Assembly (NCBI RefSeq): GCF_004010195.1 | Contig: NC_057750.1 | Coordinates: 1,795,824-1,859,823 of the forward strand | Direction of reading: 5' to 3' | DNA length: 64,000 bases | Source: Chiloscyllium plagiosum | Taxonomy: Eukaryota | Part shown: piece after piece, positions 37,101-49,100 of the stretch | Position numbering within the stretch: the first letter of the stretch is position 1 | Layout: each line of letters starts with the position of its first letter | Position numbers and translations under genes: made by a program | The notes under the pieces: generated by a model | Seen by the model: only the letters and a program-made list of their open reading frames with translations | Told to the model about the DNA's origin: nothing | Databases searched by the model: none

Positions 37101-40100
37101 AACTGTCCCTAGTAGCCATACACACAGATGACAAGGGCCACAAATTTCACTGGGACAACACAACGATCATAAGACAAGCTAAACATAGGACAACCAGAGA
37201 ATTTCTGGAAGCATGGCACTCAGCCATGGACTCCATCAACAAGCACATTAACCGAGACCCAATATACCGGCCACTACAACAAGCAACCGGATGCAGCAGA
37301 AACTGAACTGAATAAATTCCAGAAGAGAGAGTACAGCAGCGGTTTGCAGGAGGCTCTGAAGAGGTCACCCAGACGGGACGAAACATCTGCAAATTAACTT
37401 GCCAGCTCGGCAAACATACCCACAACCACGATGTCTTAACTATCCTAATACCACTTTTTTTTGTTTTGCTTTGTTATTTTCTATTTGATCATGCTGCTGT
37501 GTATTCTCTTGAAATGCTTTGCTGCACTAAAGGTGCTATACAAAATTCGAGCTGTTCCGCACTAGCTTTGTGATTTATATGCATGAGCAAGCACCCAAAT
37601 TCCTTCCGAATCTTTTGCCATTAGGAAAATATTCCAATTTTGCCTATCTTGGTTTAAAGTTAAAGTGGAGAAAGTGAGGTCTGCAGATGCTGGAGATCAG
37701 AGCTGAAAATGTGTTGCTGGAAAAGCGCAGCAGGTCAGGCAGCATCCAGGGAACAGGAGCATCCAGGGAACAGGTTCCTGAAGAAGGGCTTATGCCCGAA
37801 ACGTCGATTCTCCTGTTCCCTGGATGCTGCCTGACCTGCTGCGCTTTAAAGTTAAAGTACCTGTCACTTCCCCCACATTGTATCACATCTGCCACGGTCT
37901 AACTGACTTAATCTCCTTGTGACTCTAATTTGCTGCTCACATCCACTCAACTTGCTGTATCTCCTACCTTGATTAGCTATGTTCATGTATATTATATGTT
38001 AATGAGCTTGTTTTATCTTGGGTAGGACTTAGTTGAAGTTGATGAATGTAATGATGTGATATGCAGTTTGTGTAATATGTTGTCCTGGCATTCAGATGCT
38101 TGTTAAAACAAAATTACTGTATAAAGCTCTAGGAAGCAACAATAATTTCACAATTTAAGTGGAGAAATGTAGAAGGAATGAAGTTTGTTTTCTTTTATAA
38201 AATAGAAATCTTAAAAATTAGCCAATTTAAATTTGAGATCATGGAGGAGTTTGACTTTAGCTGATCTAGTGAACTTATTCCTTGTGAAGGTTCCTGATTC
38301 CTAATTCCAAGAAACTGGTTCAAAAATAAGAAAGGATGTTAAGGGAAACTTCATTAATGCAGTAGTCATGTTACGGACAGATTTGCATTAGCAGGACATC
38401 AAAGCAGCCAATCTGCATAAGCTTAAAGCAGCATTAATGTATCTAAAGTGATTGAGGGGGTACCATCCAAAAGAGCCTGGCTTATTTATGATTAATAGCC
38501 TTTACTTCCGCATTCACCACTGAATCTCATGCCATTTCTTCTGTAGAAATCAGATTTTTTTTTCTCTAGCCTAATTTCAGTTTATCGTGGTATAATTTAA
38601 TGAGCACCATGATTACAAAATCAGAGGACTATCAGGAAGTGATGAAACCATTCTAAATTCAAACTTTTAGCAGGAGCATAAGGGCATAATGAAAAGGCCA
38701 GTTCAAGAATTGGTTAGTTGGACACACAAAGCGAAATATTGTTGAAGATCTGAAATAAAAATGGAACTAGGTGGAAAGAATGAATTGCTGAAGGGATTGT
38801 ATACTTTATGAAAGCAGCACTGCCTGCTAGTCTTTCCTGCCTCCTGCCCCCCCCCAAAAAAAAACACTCACCATTTTGACTTAGAAGTATATCACTGTTC
38901 CTTCAGTATTGCTGGGTCAAAATCTTGGGGCTCCCTCTCTAACAGCATTGTGGATGTCCCAATATACCAAGGGCCACAGCATTTTTAAGGCAGCAGCTCA
39001 CCAGCACCTACTCCAGAGCAATTAGAGAGGCAATAAATGCAGATTTATTTAAGGATGCTCACCTCCCATGAAGCAATATAAAGAAAGCTGCAATAAAAGG
39101 TCATTGACCTGAAGTGTTAACACTGATCGATGCTTTAAGTAGTCTTCTAAGTGGAGGCAAATAGATGTTATTGATGGTGACTGCATATCTATGGAAGGAT
39201 GAGTTTGGTTAAGTCTAAATTGCTTCCCTCACTTCACTTATTTTGATCTTTATGGCCTCTATTAGTTGTTCTGTGATTGCTTTCCTTGGGGAACTGGACT
39301 TCACTGAATTAGAATTAATTAAATAGTAGCTTTGAGGCATGGCTTCAAATCCACATGTATTATTTGCTTTCTCACTTTCTCTTGTTTTGCCTCTGCACAC
39401 CCTATCCAATACCGAGACCCCTGCTTTTGTATCCTGTCATTCAGCCTGGGAGGTGGTTTGGTTGTTTCACTTGCACGTGTTTTGCCTTCATGTTGCTGAT
39501 TCCTTTTTTTTTGTCTTCACAGACGTGCCCACTTGGTTAAAAAGTCTTCGGCTTCACAAGTATGCATCCCTCTTCTCTCAGCTAACCTATGAGGAGATGA
39601 TGACCCTGACCGAACACCAGCTAGAATCTCAGGTTTGTCTTTTATCATTTTATAGAACCATACAGCATGGAAACAGACCCTTCAGTCCAACTTGTCCATG
39701 CCGACCAAGTTTCCCAAACTAAACTCATCCCACTTGCTTGCATTTGTCCTACATCCCTCTAAAATTTGCCTGGTCATGTACCTTAATTGAACCTACATCT
39801 TCCTGTACACTTCCTCTGGCAGATTGTTCTGCGCATCACCCACCCACTGTGTGAAAATGTTACCCTACAGGCCCCTTTTTAAATCTTTCCCCACTCACCT
39901 TAAAGATATGCCCCCTACTTTTGAACTCCCCTACCATGGAGAAAAGAGGTAGCACTGCTCTTTACTCTATCCGTGCCCCTTATTACCTTAAACCTCTCTA
40001 AGGTCACCCCCTCGACCTTCTTCACCCCAGTGGAAAAGTCCCAGCCTTTCCATTACTCAAACCCTCCAATCCCAGTAATATCTGGGTAAATTGTTTCTGA

Positions 40101-43100
40101 ACCCTCTCCAATTTAATAAAGTCCTTTATTTAGCAGGATGACCAGAACTGTAAAACAACTTATAATAATTGGCTCAATTAAACCTCAAATGATGGAAGTA
40201 ACATACTTAAAATCTTCTGCTGTAAAACATTTTAAGCAACAAGGACCTTGGTCAGGGCAGATGAAAAGCTATACAAGCAGTACGGTGCATTCAGGCTGAT
40301 TAGGCTGCTCAAATAAGGGATTTAAAAACCATTAAAATTTGGGAACACTGCATTTAATTCTTTCCCCCCTTTCCTCATCCTGTTTTTTTTTCACTGATCC
40401 TTTCTCCTTCTACTTTCTAACTCATTAAACATCTTTTCTATATCTTTATGCAGAATGTCACAAAGGGAGCACGGCATAAAATAGCCTTGAGCATTCAGAA
40501 GTTACGTGAGCGACAGGGTGTACTGAAATCCTTAGAAAAGGTAAGTTTTTTTTTCCCAATTACTTGCCCTCTGCAAGTAGTAGATATAAGTTTATGGACA
40601 AAATCAGGCCTTTGACATATTTCCCAATTGTCCTAATCCAGACTCTGAATATTAACATCATACACTCATCTTGAATGTTGCTGCTGCTGCTGTTCTTGAT
40701 CCTGATGTCTGGTGTTCGCATGCATTTTTCTGCAAGGGGCATTGGAGAGCAATCAAGAGCAAGAATTCCTTTCTTCGATGTTTGACTCCCAAGAAACACC
40801 GAACTAATTGCTATACTCAGTTTCATTCTGTTTATGATTAAGTAGCAATGTTGTCTTGGCATTGAATCTTACTGCAACGTGTGGCGTAGTAATGCACTGA
40901 GCCATAGCATTTGAGGAATATTGGCAAGATGAGTTGTGTTCTTGGTGAAATGTTTCTGGTGCTATCTTTGCATCTTGACACCACAGTATTTGAGAGCTTG
41001 ATGAGTAGTGTCCTCCTGACTGAAGCTCAGTAGTCATGATAAAAGCAAGTAAAAATAAAAATTAACGTCAAGGAAAACTGTATAGCTCATTGTTCCGGTA
41101 TAATACTTCTGTTTGAAATCTGCTTGTTTCATCCCAATGTATGAGTTTCTGATTTCCTATAAACCCTATTAGGAATATCTCCTAATATGAGGTGTTTATT
41201 GCTTTATCAGTAATCTGCATAATATCAGTGAAGTCAAATGTATTATAAACCGAAACATTAACCTTGATTTCTCTTCACAGATGCTGCCAGACCTACTGAG
41301 CTTTTCCAGCAACTTCTGTTTTGAGTCAAATGTATTGTTTGCAACACATCAGTAAACTCAGTTATGGAACATTGACTGGTCTATTATAGAACTTGTGTGA
41401 AATGTCTCATCTGCAAACCTGTGGCAGAGTTTTATTTTAAATTTTTGTATGTCCATATTTCTTTAATGTGCTATTTGTTGATAATTCTTTGTGAGACGAT
41501 ACCATGTAAATAACAAGCTGCTAGTTTCCCTTCCTGCAATTTTCTTTTGCTGGTACACAGTGCTAGGCATCATTTTGGAACACCATTGTAATGTTCTAAT
41601 TGCTGTCCTGGCTAAAATTAACAGATTTTGTTAGACCAGGAATCTTTTGGTCTGTACAGTTTGAAGTGCTCACACTACAAGAGGTGTAACACTTGTTTGG
41701 AGATGAATTTGTAGTTTTGTTTGCATCAGCTCTTGGATTGTAGACTTGGCTAAATTTCAAATGATTTCTGCATATGCATCAGATCTTCAAAAAGACTTGG
41801 CAGTGTTGGTGGGAGTGTGGATATTAATAGGTAACAGTGGGTACTACTTTTCTCTTTGAGAATGGGACTTGGGTTTGAACCTGTCTTAAACTGATTATGT
41901 AAACCTGTGGTACACCTCTGAGACCTCTCACCTGTGCAACTCAGCAAAATGAGCAACAACCCAACATTGGGTAAACTCCAGGTCTGTCACAAGCAACTGT
42001 GATTCTAAATAGATTTAGCTCTATTCTGACTTGCTGTAATTCACGCAAGTCATGTGTGCACAAATATTAATTTGTTTAGAACACCAGTGTTAACATAAGA
42101 AATTCAACGACTGCAAAATCATGATCAAATTATTGAAAATCATTCCAGTATATAATGCAAAGACCGCAGTGATTGAAGTAATGAGTACTTACTATACTTT
42201 CAATAGGACATTCTCGAGGGAGGAAATCTTCGCAATGCTCTTCAGGAGCTGCAGCAGATAATTATAACACCAATCAAGGCTTATACAACACCTCAAATGA
42301 CCCCCAAAGAGGGTCATGAGACAGACCCCAATAACTCCTGCAATACTATACCTGGACTGGGCACAGACAGTCGAACAACCAAAGCAGCTGCCGAGAAGGA
42401 TTCTACGTCTGATGGCTTTCAGACCCAGGGTGTGTCAACGTGCGATGGAGAGTCAGCCGTAGCTCCTGTATCTGAAGGTGATATTCCTGGACAGTTCACC
42501 AGAGTCATGGGAAAAGGTTAGTTCTTAACATTGTAATTGTGGAGGGCTGGGAATCATCAAGAAGGATTTAAACAGTAGTCCATGCTTTCAAAAATAAAAT
42601 CAAATGAGTTTCCAAAAGTAACGGAATAAGAGGAAATATGGCTACAAGTGGTTTGGTTCATAGTTTGTACTCCGGTCCTGACAGAGCAAGGTGAAAAATT
42701 TCAACATGTCTCCTTTTAGTTTGGTTCACGTTTGGTTCTAATAGGATTACAAACTACAGTTGTTTTTTCTTTTGTCTGCTATCTCCATTGTCATGATTTT
42801 GACAGTGCTGACTTGTGGTACATCATACGATCAAGACAATACTGTGAGGGTATTGGATAAAACTGTTTATGCAGTTAGCCCAGTCTTACTGCACGTTGGT
42901 GGGCAGAGATCAAGGCTCGGCCTTTTTTATTTCCTAGTTCTGTATTTAGGTTGTTCTGTAGTTTTAACCATCTTGCCTGCAAAAGAGCATTGCAGGGGGC
43001 TTGGAAAGGACCAGCATCTTTGGCATTTGGAGGATAAAAGTAGGGCTGAAATGGACTTTTAGCTAGTTGATATGACAAACTTGTTTTGTGATTGTTGGCT

Positions 43101-46100
43101 CAATTTTGAAAAGGGCCTCTATGTTTGATTTTGTAGATCATTGCAAGTGTTAATTACAGCAAATGTAGGCAAAGTGGCTATTCCATTATAAGGAGTATAG
43201 AACTAGAGCAAAGTTACAGCACAGAGGCCATGTAGCCCAACATTGTCTAAATAAACTGCCAAACATCCATTGTAATCCCACTTACCAGAACTTGGTCCAT
43301 TGCTTTTTAGGCTGCGGCATTTCAGGTGCAGATCCCAGATTCTTTTTGAAGTGAGTTGAGTGTTTCCACCTCAACCGCAAACCATACAGGGAATTGCAGA
43401 AATCTGTCGCTCTCTGGATGTTCCTTCTGATCTTTCTATCAATCACCCTAAATGTGTGTCCTTGCTGATTGACCCCTCTGCTAGGAGAAGCCCTCTTCCC
43501 TGTCTACTCTAGTCAGACCACCTTGATTTTTTAAAAAACATTTCTAAGGAAAACAGCCCTAACCTATTCAATCTTGCCTCATACCTGCAGTTTTTAAACC
43601 CTGGCAACACTCTCTTGTAAATCTCCTCTGTAACCTCTTCAGAACATTTCTGTCCTTCCTGCAATGTCTATACAACCCTACCTGTGGCCTAACCATTAAC
43701 GTGTTTAGCTCCAACATTGCATCTCTGCTCTTTCATTTAATACCTTGCCATGTGAAGGAAAGCATCCCATACACCTTCTTTATTTATCTTTCTTTCCACC
43801 TTCAGGGACTAATGAACATGCACCCAAAGGTCTTTTACTTTCTCTACCCCTTTCAATGCTTTCCTGTTTACTGAGTATTCTTTTGTTTTTGCCCTTCCCG
43901 AATGCATAATCTCCCTTTGCCAAATTGAATTCCATTTGCTCGGTTTCTGCCCACTCAGTTATACCATTGACTTCTTCCTGAAATCAACAGCAATCCTCTT
44001 CACTATCAACTACTCATCAATTTTTGTCTGCAAATTTCCTAATCATGAACAGGCTCAATAGTATCGGTTGTACTGCTTTATCTCCTCCTTTCTTCAGTGT
44101 TGAAATCAAAACTCTTGCCTATATCTTCTACTCCAACTCCTTCTTTCACCAGAGCTCCAAGTGGTAATGCTTAACACTTCTCTTTTTTATTCTTCAGAGA
44201 ATATGCTGACTTCAAAACCTAAGCAGCTAATCACTGCTTCCTCAGGGGTGCACTTGGCTTGTCATTTAGACTGCTCAATAATAGCCTTATCCTATGTTTT
44301 CTGGAACCATTGTGCATTGGTGCACTGTACCAGAGTTTCTGACAGTGGGCATTCCAGAAGAGAGGGTGAAATAATGCAGATATTGTTTTTTTTTCATGCA
44401 TTTTAATCTGGAACATATTTCATCTTGTGTCTGTTTTGTTTTTTATAGTTTGCACTCAGCTGCTGGTGTCCAGACCAGATGAAGAAAATATAAGCTCGTA
44501 CTTGCAGCTCCTAGAGAAGTGCCTGGCTCATGAGGTGGGTACTTGTGTTATAACAGGAGTGCCATCCTGTGATAAAGACATGAGATGGAGAAATGCTATC
44601 ATTGTATGCTAATGATCTGTCCTTGAAATGTACATCCCTTTACAATGAAGAAACTCAAGTTCCTATGTTCCCTTCTGAGTCCAAACTAATAGCAATGATG
44701 TCAATAGCATTTGAAAAGTAGAAAGGATTATTGATCCTTATTTAATTTTGTAGTTAACCTCGTATTGTAGAAGCAAAGAGCTTGTTTTTTTGTTATATCC
44801 TTCAGAATGTTGTAAAGTGATTTGCAGCGAATAGATTATTTCTGAAATATAATTTCTTGCTTTGTCCATGGCAGTCAACTAGCGCACAGCGAGATTTCAC
44901 AAGTCAACAATAGAATGAATAACCAAATTATTTGTTTTTGATTAAGGGGAGTTGTTGATCAAGATACCAGGAGAGCTGCTTTCTTTGAATAATATATTCT
45001 AATCTTTTTGCATCCACTTGACCTGGTCAGTGGGGATTTGTTGTAATGCTTCATGCAGCAGCACTGCCTCATTATTAATGTTGCATGTATCAGCCTGAAA
45101 TTATGCATTGTATTGAAAAGTATTGCCATAACAATCTAACTGAAAGGTGAGAATGCTGTCAGTGAGCTAAGCACACATGCAGTCTTTAAGATTGCTAGAG
45201 TATGCTGTCTGGGTTTGAAGGATTCTGAAATATCATACCCAACTGGCCATTCAGTATGTGTTGGGTTAGCCTGTGGATGGATCATAGCTAACTTATTCCA
45301 TTTTTGCCAGTACCCACACACTGTCTCTTGCCATTGAATCACTAGATAATCATCAGGAACAAAAACCCCAGGTGAATTGATTCTTTATGACGAGTCCAGG
45401 AATGTTGGCCCAAGTTGTCACCTGCCTTTTAAAATGATTTACCAAATGCAGGCGTTTCTTTCTGAAAAGCTGACTTTTATCTCTTTCTGACACAAGTATG
45501 ATTAAGCAATTCAAGCAATGTTTACAACTACAAATTCTGAAGTATAGAATTTAATATATTTCATGCTAATTGTTCCTTTTTCTATAAAAGTGATTTTATT
45601 TTAAATCTCCCCACCTTAGGAAGTACTCTCTGGAATAGTTCCCCGCCCACCCTAAGCTAACTGGGTCCTTCCTGTTGCTGTGTAAGCTAGATATGTGGAC
45701 ACAGACACTGGTTTTCTTATGGTTAGTGGGGAGTATTGTGGAATGGTTCTTAACACTGATGGGAGACCAGTCTGATTCACCAAAGTGCAAACTTGCAACA
45801 GTTCCTACACTACCACAGAAATGTGACCCCTTTTTAACTGGTTGGTTTCCATTATGTATATTTGCAATAACACTGCCCTATTCCAAATGTCCTGACGTAA
45901 TGCAAGGAACACACAGAATTAAGCATCTAGAGTCTTAAATTATTAAGTGAAAATCAGGAGTGTGGACATTGCTCAAACTATATCAACTTTTGAATAGTGT
46001 TTGAGCCCCTTTCTTGTATCATCAATAGTCACAGGTGAAGTGCTGGAAGACTGGAGGTTAGCTAACATGGTACCACTGTTTAAGAAAGGTGTTAAGGAAA

Positions 46101-49100
46101 AGCCAGGAACTATTGACTGGTGAGCCTGATGTCGGTGGTGGGCAAGTTGTTGGAGGGAATCCTGAGGGACGGGATTTCCGTGTGTTTGGAAAGACAAGGA
46201 CTGATTAGGGATAGTCAACATGGCTTTATGCATGGGAAATCATGACTCTCAAACTTGATCGAGTTTTTTGAAGAAGTAACAAAGAGGATTGATGAGGGCA
46301 GAGTGGTGGACATGATCTATGTGGACTTCAGTAAGGCATTCGACAAGGGTCCCCATGGCAAACAGGTTAGCAAGGTTAGATCTCCTGGAATAAAGGAGAA
46401 CTAGCCATTTGGATACAGAACTAGCTCAAAGGCAGAAGACAGAAGATGGTGATGGAGGGTTGTTTTTCAGACTGGAGGCCTGCGACCAGTGGAGTGCCAC
46501 AAGGATTGGTACTGGGTTCACCCGTTTTTGTCATTTATATAAATGATTTATGTACAATGGGATTTTGATCGAATGAGCTGAGGAGTGGCAGATGGATTTA
46601 ATTTAGATAGATGTGAAGTGCTGCATTTTGGAAAAGCAAATCTTAGCAGGATTTATACACTTAATGTTAAGGTCCTGGGGAGTGTTGCTGAACAAAGCGA
46701 CCTTGTAGTGCAGGTTCATAGCTCCTTGAAAGTAGAGTCGCAGGTTGATAGGATAGTGAAGAAGGCATTTGGTATGCTTTCCTTTATTGATCAGAGTATT
46801 GAGTACAAGAGTTGAGGTCATGTTGTGGCTGTACAGGATGTTGGTTAGGCCACTTCTGAAATTCTGCTTGCAATTCTGGTCGTCTTACTATCGGCAGGAT
46901 GTTGTGAAACTTGAAACATTCAGAAAAGATTTACAAGGATGTTGCCATGGTTGGAGGATTTGAGTTATATGGAGAGGCTGAATAGGCTGGAGCTATTTTC
47001 TCTGGAGTGTCGGAGGTTATGGGATGACCTTTTAGAGGTTTATAAAATCGTAAGGGGCATGGATAGGATAAATAATGAAAGTCTTTTCCCTGGGTTGGGG
47101 GAGTCCAGAACTAGAGGGCATAGGTTTAGGGTGGGGGAAAGGATATATAAATGTCCTAAGGGGCAACTTTTTGATGCAAAGGGTGGTGAATGTATGGAAT
47201 GAGATGCCAGAGGAAGTGGAGGCAGGTACAGTTGCAGCAGTTAAAAGGCATCTGGATGAGAGTATGAGTAGGAAGGGTTTGGAGGAATATGGCCAAGTGC
47301 TGGCAGGTGGGACTAGGTTAGGTTAGGATATCTGGTGGGCATAGACAATTTAGACCGAAGGGCCTGTTGATGTACTGTATGTCTTTATGACTCTGACTGT
47401 AACTTTACAGGCTTTTACTGAAACACAGAAGAAAAGACTATTCTCATGGAAGCAGCAAGTGTTTAAGCTGCTGAGGTCTTTTCCTAGGAAGGCCTTGCTA
47501 GAAATGCCAGGCGTTCGCCAGAGAAGGTGAGTTTTCTGCATCAAAATGACATATGTTTGTGGATTTTGGTGGGGTATACAGTTCATTGTGCTGCAAATCA
47601 GAAATTAAAGGTTCACAGTGTGACTCACAAGATCGGGAACATCTTTGCAAGAGACCCATGGACTGGTTTTCCTTCTAATGGAGGGTCTTCAATTAAAACA
47701 TCAGATTCTTAAGTTTGCTATTCTAGATGTTAGATTCTTGTAGCCCTGCTTTGCATTTCAACAAATTTACATCTTCCTGATCACTTTGGTTTTCCCTTGT
47801 GCGTAAGCACTCTCTCAGTCTCAGACTGGTACAACTCTCCACTGTGCTACCCCTTGCTGTTCCCACTTGTTCCCTTTTGCAGCTTTCATTCCAGGAATAG
47901 AGGAAAAAATAGAGAGTAAATAAGAGAAGTAAATGCAACAGAGCTGCACTGAGGGCTAGTTGGATAGGGAATAAAGGGGAAACTGTTTGGTTGGCAAAGT
48001 ACAAGTTTAGTAATTGAGCTTTCAAAACTGCCAAATGTTAATTTAGAAGGTACAAAGTGCAGACTTTGGGTGTTGTGCAACATGAGAGAAGCTTACAACT
48101 TTTTTTTGGTGAATTTTATTAGTTGTCAGTATGAAAAGAGATAAGCAATTATCACACCATTCGATTGATCCGGCACAGAAACAGACCCTTTGGTCCAACT
48201 CATCTGTGCCAACCAGATATCCCAATCTGATCTATTCCCATTTGCCAGTGTTTGGCCCATATTCCTCTAAACACTTCCGATTCATGTACCAATCCAGATG
48301 CCTTTTAAATGTTGTAATGTCCTCCACTTCCTCTAGCAGCTGGTTTCATACGTGCACAATTGTGTGAAAAAGTTACCCCTCGACTTTTTAAATCTTTCTC
48401 CTCCTTTCACCTTAAGCCTATACCCTGTAGTATTGGACTCCCCTACCATAGGAAAAATACCTTGGCTATTCACCCAATCAATGCCCATCATGATTTTGTA
48501 AAACTCTGGAAGGTCACTCCTCAGTCTTTGATTCTTCAGGGATAAAAGCCCCACCCTATTCAGCCTATCTCTATAGCTCAAACCGTCCAGTCCCAGCAAC
48601 ATCCTTGTAAATCTTTTCTGCACCCTCTACAACTTGACATCCCAACTCCTTAACTCAATATTATGACCAATGAAAGCAAGTGTGCTTAACGCTGCCTTCA
48701 CCACCCTGTCTACCTGTAACTACTTTCAAGGAACTATGCACCTGCACTCCAAGGTCTCTTTGTTTAGCAACACTTACCAGGATTCTGCCATTTACGATAC
48801 AAATCCTGCCCTGGTTTGCCTTACCAAAATGCAGCTCCTCACATTTATCTAAATTAAATTCCATCTGTCACTCCTTGTCCCATTGAACTCTGAGATAACC
48901 TTTTTTCACTGTCCACTGCACCATCTATTTTGCGCTCATACGTGAGTTTTGCAAACTCACAAACCATACTTCCTATATTTGCCTCCAAATCCTTTATCAA
49001 ATTATGACAAAGCAATGGACCCAGCACTGATCCTAATGGCACGTCACTGGTCACAGGCCTTCAGCTGAAAAGCATCTCTGTGCTACAGAAAGTATTGCTA

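Noticed and set aside
4554..37902. Recurrent ORFs with [17 protein letters not shown] / [16 protein letters not shown] that look like a small Cys-rich protein family
   Set aside because: They are translations of the two strands of the non-coding PLE terminal repeat; there is no consistent start, stop or splice structure.
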